A stretch of DNA of 63,863 bases, filler included, from Asterionella formosa (taxonomy: Eukaryota), in assembly GCA_002256025.1 (NCBI GenBank). It is 14 parts of 14 records of this genome, joined end to end, with 100 filler letters (N's around TTAATTAATTAA, not from the genome) between each part and the next. Parts side by side here need not be neighbours in the genome. Positions count along the whole stretch, not along the records: positions 1 to 22,930 come from NKIB01002594.1; 13 more parts are not named here. The stretch is one strand, 5' to 3'. Under the pieces are notes generated by a model that had not been told where the DNA came from, ran no database searches, and saw only the letters and a program-made list of their open reading frames with translations. Shown here piece by piece: positions 1 through 12,380 of this stretch. Each line of letters begins with the position of its first letter. The stretch's first letter is position 1. Both the position numbers and the translations under genes were made by a program.

Positions 1-3000
1 GTCTTGCAATGTCCTTACAGATGTCTCATAATGCCTGCCTTCTCAAGACTGAAGATTCCATTCTGATAGAACAGCTTTGTTTGATTGCATATCGAGATTT
101 GTTTCCCATGTAATGTGAAATACCGGTTGTTGAATTAGTGATCAACATTATTTGATAGTACTTTTAAATTACGTAAAAAAATTTAATAAATTACGTGAAC
201 TATATTATAGAATTACGTGAACAAAAATTTAAGGCAATGTGAACTGAATTACAGAATTAATTGAAGTATTTCAAATAATTATGTGAAGGTGATCACGTAG
301 TAATATAGTGATGATCAGGAATGCATGCATGATACTCTGATCAAATAATGAACGTGATGTATTCAGATAATATATAGATATATTCAAGTAAGCATTTTGA
401 TGTATTCAACTAATTCATGTGATCCATTCAAAATCAACTAGGCTTATTTACGTGATGGTCACTTCACGTAATACGCAGCTTAGATGTGGCTCTAACCCCA
501 GGAGCCTTCTCTCTGCTCATGCAACCACTCCATGTTGATGAAGGCTCAGCCTTCGATGGTCGCATCCCAAAAGGAAGAAAATTCAAACTCCAAAAAACAC
601 CAACCAGCCTTGCAAACCCCGATGGTTAGCCAGGATACCACTTTCCCTCTAAACCCTCCCCCCCTGATGCAGTGTAACTACATGATCTTGAAGGTTTCTT
701 CGGGTCTATTCCAACCATAATCATTTTAGATGCTCCACTTACATTCCCACCTGAAGGAACACTAGATGATGACAATTTCATCTCTAACCTCGACAGCCAA
801 CACCCGTTCCTCCACTAACTTGTGGCAGCCTGGCGTTACCTCAATGAACATACCAATGGGACCTCCCTGCACACCGAGAACCCTAGTATCCTTCCTGTAA
901 GACACAAATATGGGAAATGGTTAGTGGAAAACGCGATCATCCCAAGAAAATCCCACTTAATCTTCAGTTCCTTTCATTGTCAGTTTCTTTTTTGAGACAT
1001 TTGCTCTCATTTTGACGTCTCCGTGTTTAGACGAAATAATTAACATAAAGCCTACTATGTCAGCCACTGAAAGTCGAGATACTGTCGATTTGATGACATT
1101 CCCTGTTTGGTTTTTTTAGCGTCTGTTCTGCATCACGTTGTCCATGTCAGCCAAAGACCGCAACTTGCTGTAGTACATTTGGTTCGAAATGGTCATCTCA
1201 CAATTTAAAATTTTATGGGAATTCACATACATTGTCTTCAATCCGCAAGCGGGACAAAAGTATAGAGCAGTATGGTAATTTGAGCTAAACTACGAAAGAA
1301 TACATTTTTTGCATAAAAGTGTCGGAAAATGCATACCGTCAGTCAGGGGAGTTCGTGATCATTTCTGCGATGCGAAGTTTTTATTCGCGTAAAGAACAAG
1401 CAGTCTTTTGTTGAATGGCTGAAAGTATGTCTATAGTAAACTGTCAAATGACCTTACATTACGTACCATGTAAACATTGACATCGCATTTATGACTATAT
1501 TTAACCCACTACTCAAGATTCCATAGAACTATGGACCACGACAATTAGTGTGTACATGAAACTCACTACAAAATTGACGTAGAGGTTTTTATTGCATCTT
1601 GAAATGTTGTACCCTCTCCAAGAATACTGTCGCTCAAGCTTTCTCATCTATTTCTACAAAACATAGAAAACCCTATCTAGACAAAGTTATCAAGCTAATC
1701 ACCGCGGACACATCGCTGTCTCGTTTTTGGTCATATCTTCAAAACTGAGCAAATGACGACCAAAAACAACTTCCAGCGCCGATTTCAACTTTTTGTTGTC
1801 AATACTAGTGCAAAAAATATTATTACTGAACGATAATCTCGTCTATGTTAGTCTACATACACTTGCGAGACAGAAATTGTTCATTGTCGATATTCGTGAA
1901 GATATTCAACTCCATAATTTCGTCATGGTCAAGATGGAGTTGCTGTCTCATCGACCCCATAAGGCAGGCACCTGTACATTGTGGAAAGGAGGCCTAGAAT
2001 GAAATAATAATGCAGTGATATTGGAGTGAGCTGGATCCGCAATCTTGGGCGGAGGATTAGTTTGCTGAATGGGAATTAAATGATTGAATGCTAGGCTGAA
2101 ATGGAGCCATATAGAGTGGTAAGAGCTGTCAGTAGAAGCTATGTTCTTGGGTTTGGGGAGGTCTTGATGGGGGGAGGAGACTTTGTCAGATGTAGTGGGA
2201 AAGATGCCTTTTTGTTGGCCGGAAAAGTAAAGGGATCGGGGCTGGCCGTGGTAGATGACTTTTTTTGAATAGCTGTGCGTACCATGAATTGACCAGGAGA
2301 TAGGAGAGGCAGGCAGGGGTTAGTCAAGGGGAAGGGGAAGTGGGAGTGATGCAGAGGCGGGGGGGGGGGGGGGTTTTGGGGGGGGGGGGTGGTGGAGGGG
2401 GGGGCCAACAGGGGGGGGGGTTTGGGTTTCTTTTTCAGTGTAGAGAGAGGGGCGGGTTTTGGATGATTCCGTATTCTTTGAATTCTTAAGGAAGCGTTGG
2501 GATGAGAGTCTGGTGGTGGACGGAAATGAAGCGGAAGAGCGGCAGCAAGAATGGTGCCCGAAATGGGCATGGTGGACAGGAGGAGGATCAGGAGCAGCAT
2601 GTGTGTTCATGTGTGTGTATATCTATATATCTATATGCCGTCATAATTAGTGGCGGTCAAGTGTGTGTGTCAGTAGTTTATATTGTGGTATATTTGTTGA
2701 CATGTCTGTACTGGCGTGATGGAATTTTCCTTGTATTTCGCGTAGTTTGCCATTGTTCAGCTACCTCTCTCTGGGAATATAGCTGACTTGTCATGATGTA
2801 TTCATCCATTGTAGTAGTGAGTAGTTCCTGCTGGGACCGGGTGATTTGATTTTCTGAGTAGATTGCAGTATGAGAAAGCTTGAAGAAATACTACATGTGT
2901 TTTGTTGAAACAAGAAAGTGAATATTGACAATGATACTTGACAGAATGATTGCGAAATTGAAACCATCACTTGTCGATGCAACCAGATGTGAGTAGTAAT

Positions 3001-3481
3001 ATGTCTGTCACATTGCCGCGTTATACATGCGTATTAATGAGTTCTGACTTCTAAGCACAATCCGTGTCTGCTACTGATAGCCAGAACAACAAGAACAATA
3101 AACCTGAAGACAACAAGGTAAGTCAATATACTAGAAAAGTTGATGTCGATGGCAGTTATATATTTTCAAATCATTGGAACTTACTTGCCAATCATTGGTT
3201 ATCGCTTTCAGGAACAATGATACTTGGAATTTTGAGATGTCAGTTCTTGCCACTCCTATTACACAACAAGATATAATGGGAAGATCATCAGTCTATGAAC
3301 GATGCAATGACTAGTACTGCGAAAAAATGCGATGAGTCTTTGATGGAACCAACAAGATAAAATGGGAAAACCACCAGTCTTGAACGATGCAAACACTGCG
3401 AAGAGCATGTGAATGATAAAATATTTTCTAACCATTGCCTATAAAAATAACTCCATGTAGTATGGTAAAGTTTTAATCAAT

Positions 3482-3684
3482 GGCTTTGAGCCACTTCAAC
3501 CAGTTTTGTTACTTTTCAAATGGATAAATCTCAGTTAACATATGTTCAAGTATAAAAATGATCTTTTTCTCATGTAGCTTAATGAACTAACTAATATTGT
3601 GCCAAAGAGCAAAAGAGGGGATCGATTTAAACATAAATCTGGAATTAGTCGGAAAACGATCTAATATGAACGTGGCTCAAAGCC
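3482..3684. mobile_element. PIF/Harbinger-type (Pangu-like) MITE, 203 bp
   Basis: TIRs GGCTTTGAGCCAC(G)TTCA at both ends; 3-bp AAT duplication at 3479-3481 and 3685-3687; no coding capacity. Confidence 0.65.
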
Positions 3685-4128
3685 AATTATAATTGGCACC
3701 TGGTGCAGTATGAAATATGCATCATGTATTTCAGTGGTATTTACGTAGAAGGAAAAGGTTGGTCTGTAGGGCGCTCGTCGACACACAGCTGCCATCAAGG
3801 GAAGAAGATGAGCCAGTCCACACATCATACACTACCGTGGTACCAGGTACCAGGACTAGACTAGGACATACATACTGCTATCATCATCAGACTTTGCACT
3901 TCTGCTGCGCGCTGCTTGAGCATCCTCTGATCAACTGTCGGCTCCAACTACCGGGGTAATCAAGAAAGTATATTGCACCACCACCGAACAACGCTTTCAA
4001 AATTAATTGCCACGCCTGTAGTCCAGACTTCTTGGATGGATCTTCTGCTAACACAGCAGGTTAGTTCTCCTTATTATTCAGCTAATTCAAGCCTCAAGCA
4101 TCACCGTTGAACTCCACAGAAATTCATA

Positions 4129-5547
4129 ATGAACCTTATATCGCAAACTGCGCTGTTGTGTTTGTCGTTGACAACAAGCATCGCGGCCTTCCGGTCGTCG
4201 GCCCACGGCGGGAATGGCATCAGCAGGGTCACTTTGTCAATGGGAAGTGGAAATAGCTTTGGAAGGGTCTTTCGAATCAGCACCTGGGGCGAGTCTCATG
4301 GAGGAGGAGTTGGAGTGACTCTGGATGGCTGCCCTCCAAGACTGCATTTGACTCGCGAAGACGTCCAGGTCGACTTGGACCGCCGGCGACCCGGCCAATC
4401 TCGCATTACCACCCCGAGAGACGAAGCAGACTCGGTGGAAATATTGTCGGGATTGACACCAGATGGTATAACTGTCGGAACACCAATTGCCATGTTGGTC
4501 CGAAACAAGGATCAGAGATCTGAAGACTACCTCGAAAACGACATGAGCGTTGCCTATAGACCGTCGCATGCCGATGCTACATATGACGCCAAGTATGGAG
4601 TGCGGGCTATTGCTGGAGGTGGACGCTCTTCTGCTCGCGAAACCATCGGCCGTGTTGCTGCTGGAGCCATTGCTCGAAAGATCTTGAAGGAGTTTAATGG
4701 GATTGAGATTTTGGCGTATGTGTCAAAAGTCCAAGACATCCAAGCGATAAACGTTGACCACGACACCTTCACTATGGCAGACGTTGACGCCAACATTGTT
4801 CGATGCCCTGATCCAGAGTCGGCGGAAAAGATGCTGGAGCGAATTGACATGATTCGCAAGTCAGGCAACTCCATTGGGGGCGTTGTGACTTGTGTGGCAC
4901 GTAATGTTCCTGCCGGACTCGGAGCACCTGTCTTTGACAAGCTTGAAGCAGATTTGGCCAAGGCATGTATGTCCATCCCTGCTGCCAAGGGATTTGAATC
5001 TGGGGATGGTTTCGAAGGCACTTTGTTGACTGGAAAGGACCACAACGACGAATTCTACATTGATCCAAAGACTGGAGCCACTCGAACTAGAACCAACCGG
5101 TCTGGGGGAATCCAGGGAGGAATCAGCAATGGAGAGAACATTATTATTCATGTAGCGTTCAAGCCGACATCGACTATCGGACAACTACAAGTAAGTCGAG
5201 TCTTCGACGTTATCGGAGTGGAGCAGTTTACAATGCAAACAACATCTAACCCTTTTCTTCAGAAAACTGTTACCCGTGATGGCCAGGAGGTCGAACTTCG
5301 AGGAAAAGGAAGACATGACCCTTGTGTTCTTCCTCGTGCCATTCCTATGGTAGAAGCAATGGTGGCATTGACCCTTGTCGATCATCTCATGTTACAGCAG
5401 GCTCAATGTGAGCTATTCCCTAACACCGCTGCTGAAGACAGCAAGCCCAATCCTATGGGAACAACTGCTATTCGAGAAGGTGGTCCTCGGCATTTTGTCG
5501 GGGTCGGTAGCGAAGGTCCTGTTAGTCAGCGTGTTGACGAAGAGTAG
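4129..5547 (+). CDS. aroC: Chorismate synthase, plastid-targeted; probable 72-bp intron 5191-5262
   Basis: Signature motifs [50 protein letters not shown] and RHDPCV; signal peptide ending SIAA-F; GTAAGT...CTAAC...TTCAG intron whose removal gives [11 protein letters not shown]. Confidence 0.97.
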   Translation: MNLISQTALLCLSLTTSIAAFRSSAHGGNGISRVTLSMGSGNSFGRVFRISTWGESHGGGVGVTLDGCPPRLHLTREDVQVDLDRRRPGQSRITTPRDEADSVEILSGLTPDGITVGTPIAMLVRNKDQRSEDYLENDMSVAYRPSHADATYDAKYGVRAIAGGGRSSARETIGRVAAGAIARKILKEFNGIEILAYVSKVQDIQAINVDHDTFTMADVDANIVRCPDPESAEKMLERIDMIRKSGNSIGGVVTCVARNVPAGLGAPVFDKLEADLAKACMSIPAAKGFESGDGFEGTLLTGKDHNDEFYIDPKTGATRTRTNRSGGIQGGISNGENIIIHVAFKPTSTIGQLQVSRVFDVIGVEQFTMQTTSNPFLQKTVTRDGQEVELRGKGRHDPCVLPRAIPMVEAMVALTLVDHLMLQQAQCELFPNTAAEDSKPNPMGTTAIREGGPRHFVGVGSEGPVSQRVDEE

Positions 5548-5676
5548 AAGAGAGCTATCAAATTCCCTTTCACTAGCCATAAATCGATCCCTCTACGAGT
5601 TAGAGATCACTGAGGTCGAGGTGAACCTAGGTTTTCAAATTATATCTTCACTTAAACAATGAGAGAATTAGATAAA

Positions 5677-6242
5677 TTAGTATCTTCCACGGTTGTTCTG
5701 TTCCTCTTCCTCCTTCACGTTTGGTGGGGCAATAGTCAAGAAGCACTTGGAGATGAATTCGTTCTCCTCCTGGCGAGCCTTACCAGCCTCAACCTTCTTC
5801 AACATCTTTCTACGGGTGATGCCCTTCTTTCCACCAGTCTTGAATTTGCGCATGTTGTCCCTGTTTCGCTTGATCTTCTCTTTCTTGGCATTGACACGGC
5901 AAGCATCAAGGGAGGTCCTAGTGGAAGTAACGCCAAAGAGGGTAGGTCTGGGAGCAAAAGCCTGGAGAGTTAAAGGAGGGGGAGGAGGGTTTTTTAGTAC
6001 CGAAAAGAAAACGATTTCACGACACAGCAACGATCCTTCCGGTGAACTGCTTTGTCCACAAGCCTCAGATTAATGTGTGACAGCTAAATAAATCGACGAC
6101 ACAGAAAAACAACAAAATGAGTCTTTCAATTTCTTGTTTCAGCCCAGGCTTAGTCTTGAAGAAAGTAAATATTGACACCTACTTCGACGGAGAGTGCCAA
6201 AATGGCAATGGCAGCCAGGACAAGGAGAATTCGAGGTGCCAT
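5677..6242 (-). CDS. Small Lys/Arg-rich plastid-targeted protein of unknown function; exons 6183-6242 and 5677-5961
   Basis: Exon 1 MAPRILLVLAAIAILALSVE, GTAGGT...CTCCAG intron 5962-6182, exon 2 AFAPRPT...; splicing creates an SVE-AFAP (ASAFAP-type) motif; mature part is highly basic. Confidence 0.8.
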
Positions 6243-6394
6243 GGTGGCTGTTGATTACACTGTTGACTAAACGAACCAACGTTTGATGGGCGATGTTCAA
6301 GTAGACCGGTATCTGCGGATGGGAGGTGTAAAGCGTTTGTCCTGCGTCACTGTTCTATGTACCCGGAGGCTGATACTGGAGTACCAGTACCGTA

Positions 6395-6474
6395 CCAGCA
6401 AGTTGTGGTAATTGTGCTGAAACTAAAAGTTTAGCTATCTTTATCCTATATTAAATTATCGATTTAAGCCAAAT
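6395..6474. mobile_element. End of CCAG-TIR MITE-family element, abutting a Copia LTR
   Basis: TA|CCAGCAAGTTGTGGTAATTGTGCTG; reverse-complement match to ~43725-43793. Confidence 0.6.
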
Positions 6475-7340
6475 TGTTGAGGGTTACCATATCGTCAATA
6501 AAGGTGAGCTATGTAAAATATAATGACTACCGGTATTCCATTTCTGTCATGAGTGCATTGTTATGCATTAGCACTCACGCATGTACCTAATCTGGTGGTT
6601 ATGCCGGTATGGTTCGTACGTCGCATATACCGAATACCATACTCAGATATAAACACACCCTCACCAGCAGATTCAGGCAGAATAGCGGGGGGGGGGGGGG
6701 GGGGGGAAAGGGGACAAGAAAGCTCAGGGGGATGGGCGGAAATAGTAGGTAGCAGCATCAGAGGCCAAGCAAGCATAATAGTTAGAAGGAATAGGGAGCC
6801 AGGACAATGGAGATATTGAGGGTGCATCAATGTATGATGGGAAGGAGGATGATGCTTAGTAAAATATTCAGCACAATTCAAACTACCTTTTTCCAGTAAA
6901 CAAGAAATTGGCCTTGCCAAACCCGATCGTGAACCCAATAGAAATGCATATCTATAGCTTTGGTACGTTTTTGGCAGATGGTGTCATTAGCAATACCACT
7001 GGCAATGCTATTATCGGTGACAATAGGGGTACTAGAAGGTTGGGGATGACCAAGTTCAGCAAGGATGTTTCAAATACTAGCATAGGCCTCTTTGCCATTG
7101 TGGAACAAGGCAGCCAGGTTAGCCTCGGCAGCACTGGATAACACCTCCTTGAGAATTTGACCATGCACATAAAGAGCACCATTAAGAGGAGGAATAGGAT
7201 CCGTAGGGCAAGGCAGAGACAAGGGTTTGCAGCTGCGAAAGTTAATGCTGGCAGCATGGGAGCAACCACGCATTTCAGAGAGATAAGAGGCGTCGCTTTC
7301 AACATGGAGGACCATGTCACTGGCAGTATGATAGTAAAAT
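6475..7340 (-). mobile_element. Ty1/Copia 3' remnant: RNase H, polypurine tract and 3' LTR (LTR 6475-6655)
   Basis: Frameshifted RNase H motifs (SDASYLSE, VLSSAAEANLAALF, KGSLNCAEYFTKHHP); GGTGAGGGTG tract followed by a TG...CA LTR that matches 20707-20873 and 42473-42650. Confidence 0.85.
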
Positions 7341-7346
7341 TATCAT

Positions 7347-7715
7347 AGGGAATGGCTTAGTGTTTTAGCACATTGCCTTTGATCTGAGGTTGTGAGGTTC
7401 GATTCCTGCAATTTTTTTAGAAGCAATTGTTGGGTTTGACTCCTCCCACACTCCTGACCGTCCCGCGCATTCTTGCCTGGTGTGCAAGAAATAGTGGGTT
7501 GCCCCCCTACAAGCAGCTTGTGCCGCCTTCCTAGGCAGTCGGAGTTTCCCCAAATGATGCGGCTAAGACGATCACCTTTCGCGAAAGGTGATTGGGGATT
7601 CACCCGTTCTGACAAAACTAGGGAAGCACAGGTCTTGTTGGCAGGTTGCACAATGAAAGACTTGCCTAGAAATAGAGGAGTATGAATGGGCTATAAAGCA
7701 CACTACAATTTTTTA
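7347..7715 (+). mobile_element. Putative tRNA-derived SINE (tRNA-like head plus structured body)
   Basis: A-box-like TGGCTTAGTG and B-box GGTTCGATTCC; head similar to 10687-10749; body has hairpins including a perfect 22-bp palindrome at 7571-7592. Confidence 0.5.
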
Positions 7716-7719
7716 GTAA

Positions 7720-8400
7720 CATTATCATATTTATACAGAGTACCAGTACCAGGTAGGAAGTGATATACTGGTAGTAAGCAAGCCACAGAATATGATATGT
7801 TTAGGACTGTTGTTACTGCAGCGGGACACTAAATCATCATAGTTTTAGGATCATTTGATTGTATAATTGAGAGCAAGATATGCTATTTCGCAAACTCGGT
7901 TCTGATTTTGTATATGATAATGTAAATAGCACTGTTGGTCTTAAAACATCATATTGTTAGGATCATTTGATCATATGTTTGCTGGTATGACCATTCATAT
8001 GAAGAGATTTATCATATGTATCTAGACAGCGTAAAATGTTATATGTAGTGGCTCATGATTCATTTCAGATTCATTTCATTGTAACAACACCTGATTTAAG
8101 ATCATCAAGCTTTTGAAAACGACAGTTATCTAGTATTACAATTGCTTCAAAAAACCATAATGAAGATTCATGGAAACAAGCAACATGTGCTAAAGACTGC
8201 TGGTATGGAACAAAGCAAATACCAAAATAAGTTTGCAAAGAAGAAGTGAATCAGTGATTATCCAAAGGAACACAATCGGTGACAGGGAGTTAGTGGTACT
8301 ACCCCATCGTCCACAGGAACACCATCAGCTACACAGGATCCCCTCATTGATACTGTATCTTTCTTGTTTTGCTTCCAGTCGTTTCGCTGCCTTTAGACTT
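7720..8400 (+). repeat. Fragment of the unclassified large element (inverted copy of ~33050-34240)
   Basis: Shares GTTACTGCAGCGGGAC...ATCATAGTTTTAGGATC and the peptide HGNK...EQSKYQN with the 33-34 kb region. Confidence 0.7.
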
Positions 8401-8459
8401 CGATACCAAGCGACTTCAAAGCAAACTGCAACGCTGCTTCCCCAATATGTCCAAATTTA

Positions 8460-9830
8460 GCGTGAGCTTCATTTACTTTCATACTGGTCAATTTCGGTCT
8501 GAAGACCTTTGCAGATAAAATATCACCTTTGCAGATAGAATGTCACTTCCCCTGGGTAAATTCCACGAGTTCCTTGGAAATAGTACAAAACATCAGAATG
8601 ATCTCATTTGAAATCTAGATCCTTAGTTTTTCCAATTTTTGTTAAAGTCATTTTGTTGTGCTTCATACCAAATCTATATTTACCATCAAGTATCAAAGTA
8701 CCAGTGCTGATAATATTTTTATGAAAGGTAGGTGTATATAGGACATTTTTAAGCAAGAGTTTCTCATTGGTTACTTTGTTTTACACAGAGAGCGACATCA
8801 CCGCGTTCTTTGCAAATGACCTCTTCACTATCGCCTACTAAATCAACGCGTACGTTTACTTCTTTCACATTTGTCATAGACTTATTGCACATAGTAATAT
8901 GACTGGTAGCGCCTGTATCTGCTAACCAACGTTCATTTTCATCACTTGATGAGCGAATTTTTGATTTCACTGTTTTTTATGCTTGCATGATGTGCTTGAT
9001 TGATTTCTTCATCCACAATTTCAATCGTCACGCCATTTTTTCATTTTCTGTTTCCTCGCATGTAGTTTAGACCTCGGTGTCTTCAACATATTCATAGTCA
9101 AAAAACGTCTTGTTGTTTGTAGTCAAGTCAATTATTTCGAAGTCATCATCTGTATCAGACTTTTCTTCGATCTCGTTGGTATTTGCATCCTTTACCTTTC
9201 TTTTGTAGAATCCACGAAGTTTCGATTTCAAGTCAGAATAGTACCCATTCCTTCAATAACAGTAATGGCGTCACTGTACTCTTTCGATAACTTATTCTTC
9301 ATGTACGCAATGACTTACCTCTAACTTTTCGAATGATGTATCAATGTGGTGCATCCTGTTCCTGATTTTATTGAGAGCAATGAACCATTCATCTGGGTCC
9401 GCTTTAGTAGTTCTCTCCAAAGTAAAATCGTTGAATTCGCCAGTTATTTGAATCAAATCAGTATCTTGATGAGGAGCAGAGCAATCCTCCAATACTGCCA
9501 AGCAAGAAGATCATCTCCATCGATCAAATTATCTGTCTTGGCAGAGTTCACAAAAATCCCAAATGCAATTCCACTGACACTAAGAATCAATAGCTGATAT
9601 GCCTTGTCATTCAACTCATACTTCTTCTTCTCGTCATCATCAGTAGACACCAAATATGCATCATCATCGATTGGCTTCGTATCGTCGGCCTACAAATGCC
9701 TAAAACCTTTGGATTTCGCACGCTGAAGAAAGAGTCTTGATACTCCACTCATACCAGGCAGTCTCGCTTCCGTCAAACCTGATCAAGCGAACAGCCTCAC
9801 AAGATTTATCATCGGCCGTAATATGTCTCT
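8460..9830 (-). mobile_element. Degenerate Ty1/Copia gag-protease remnant
   Basis: Protease motif WLADTGATSHIT; gag-like segments NDKAYQLLILS and DPDEWF; many stops and frameshifts. Confidence 0.75.
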
Positions 9831-10040
9831 AGACCTGTAGGTTCGTTTTAAAACGTGTTAAATTGTCTATTTGAAATATCACTCATCTTATGTTTAAGAT
9901 CACTAAAGCTGGAAACGTATTTTCAATTTACACTTTGTAATATTGTGAGCTATCTGTTAATCATTTAGCCTGATTACTCATGTAATCCTTGACAAGACAT
10001 CTCACAGTTTCCTTGATCTCGTCAATATGATCTTGCTTGC

Positions 10041-10185
10041 TTTGACAATAAGTAAACATTGTATATTCATTTGACAATAAGTAAGCATCGTGAGCATATT
10101 ATTCACTTGTCAATAAGTACTAAGCATAGCATATTTATTTGACAATAAGAGAGCATCTCAATTCATTTGTCAATAAGTATCGCAT
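10041..10185. repeat. Five degenerate ~30-bp tandem units (core TTGWCAATAAG)
   Basis: Cores at ~10041, 10070, 10106, 10138 and 10166. Confidence 0.75.
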
Positions 10186-10686
10186 GTCTTGGTTTCTAAT
10201 CACTGAAAATATTGATCCTTGACTTGTTGGATTCCATATCTTTTATCAAAGATGAAGTGAACATTGTATATTGCATAAATATTTTAAGTGTAGCTGGATT
10301 CATGCACAGGGTACTATGTAGTACCAGAGGATATGGAACGCATTTACTCTGGAAAATGATTATTCAGCTGAAATGATGCTATTCTTTTTTAATTTAAGGG
10401 ACGCATTTGCTCTGGAATATAATTATTTTGCTGATATGATGCTATTCTTTTTTAATTTAAATAGAATACGCTATAGTGTAAAAGTAGCATTAGTCATACC
10501 GGTAGTTACAAGCGGCTGGAGAATCCTTCATCATGTCATCGCAGCATTGACCATGATGAAAATGGTGAATATCTCAACAAAAAACGAGACTTACGTCTTC
10601 CTATTTGATACATACTTGGCAAGCCATGTGCCTATGGGATTGTACCGATAACTGAATTTCCTTTCGTATGTAGTGACGTAGGCAGC

Positions 10687-10749
10687 AGGGGAATGGCTCA
10701 GTGGTTAGCACACCCTTCTGTGGTGGCGGGTTCGATTCCTGCATTCTCT
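10687..10749 (+). other. tRNA-like Pol III head (SINE head or tRNA pseudogene)
   Basis: TGGCTCAGTGG A-box; GCGGG-TTCGATT-CCTGC T-arm; acceptor-like pairing GGGGAAT/ATTCTCT; short anticodon arm and no variable loop, so not a canonical tRNA. Confidence 0.55.
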
Positions 10750-11159
10750 ACCTGTCATTTTCATGTTGTCCCTACTAGAAGGGTCACAGTAGTGGATATA
10801 TTATTCATCATTTTGCAATAACTTCATGAATATGGTAACTATACACGATGTAAAATTCCACAATTCTCAACAGGGCGCGCAAAATAGTCTCAGATTCTAT
10901 CCATACTATACATGATCCACAACATGGGGGAAAATTATGATATTATTTCAACAGCAAATAAAACAGTAGCGGCTTTTTTAATTTTCCATGATAGGCGACT
11001 CTTCCAGTCACCAGAGGTTACTACAATCACAGATAACAATTTCTGTCCCAAACATTAGCTAGCATGACTGACCCAAATAATGGTGAGGTCACATTACGAT
11101 TTTTTCAACTTCACATCAAGCCGTAGTGGCTATTACTTCTCATTATCCTACAAAAAAGT

Positions 11160-12380
11160 TTATGTAAATGGGAACTTTTCATGATTATAAACTGATCTAC
11201 TCACTAGAAAGTACCAGTAGGGAATGAGATAGTATCCCTATTTGATTCTAGAACAATGACCAAGACAATAGTCAGGTCACCATACCATATTATACCACCA
11301 CTTACACAGCAGACACATCATAAAAATCAATGTTCCTACTACTGATTCTTCGATAAAATTATGAATATGAGACATTTATATGATGATGAATACCTCAATT
11401 CATTGGGATCAATAGAGAATAAGATTGTATTCATATAGTATTCTTGGAACAACCTTCAAGACCATTTACAGGCCACCATATCATGTTGTATCACATGCAC
11501 ACAAAATCGAAATGATATTTTTCCACAATTGATTCTTCAATAACTTTAGGAATATGAGACCTTTCCATGATATTGGATGACTCAATTCACTGAGGAGGGG
11601 TAACATAGAACAAGATAGTACCCATATCTTCTTATTAGAACGATGATCAAGATCATGGACAGCACCAGGTCACCATATCATGCATATTGTAACAAATACA
11701 AAAAAGTGAAATGATATGTTTCCTCTGCTGGTTCTTCAATAACTTTCTGGCTATGAGACCTTTCCATGATGTTGGACAGCTCAATTGACTGGGGAGTAGT
11801 ATAGAATAAGATAGAAAAAGATAGAATCCATTTTATATTCTTGGAACAATGACCAAGGCAATGGAGTAGTCACCATATCATGTTTAAAAAGATACATGCA
11901 AAATTGAAATGATATGTTCCCACTACTGATTCTTGAATAACTTTATGAATATGAGTCTTTTCCATCATGTTGGACAGATCAATTCATTGGGGAGTATTAT
12001 AGAATAAGATAAAGTCTACATCATATTCTTGGAACAATGACCAAGACCATCACCATATCATGTTGTACCATACACACACAAAATTGAAATGATATTTTTC
12101 CACTACTGATACTTCAATAACTCTTTGTTTATGAGACCTTTTCACGATGTTGGAAAGATCAATTGACTGGGGGGTCGTATGGAATAAGATAATATCTATA
12201 TCATATTCTTGGAACGACGATCAAGATCATGGACAGGTCACCGTGTCATGTTGTAACATATACACAATAAGTTGAAATACAATGTGGGATCCTGCTAGTG
12301 ATGCTTCAATAACTTAATGACTGTGAGACCACCTTTCCATGATATTGAACTGCTCAGTTGACTTGGGAGTAATAGAAAAA
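11160..12380. repeat. Diverged tandem satellite, ~180-200 bp unit, about 7 copies
   Basis: Recurrent TATGAGACCTTTCCATGATGTTGG...CAATTGACTGGG...GAACAATGAC...CACCATATCATG near 11366, 11553, 11752, 11950, 12130 and 12322. Confidence 0.9.

Noticed and set aside
2139..2786. Pro-rich ORFs
   Set aside because: Produced by G/C homopolymer runs; no recognisable domain
7547..7598. Hammerhead-like three-way fold (CCCCA / ATGATGC / palindromic stem / TGGGG)
   Set aside because: The catalytic core CUGANGA, GAAA and UH is mismatched at several positions
10041..10185. CRISPR-like spaced repeats
   Set aside because: Units are ~30 bp in total, the spacers are short and resemble each other, there are no cas genes and the context is eukaryotic TE sequence
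10687..10749. Functional tRNA-Arg(TCT)
   Set aside because: Four-bp anticodon stem, no variable loop and an irregular D-arm
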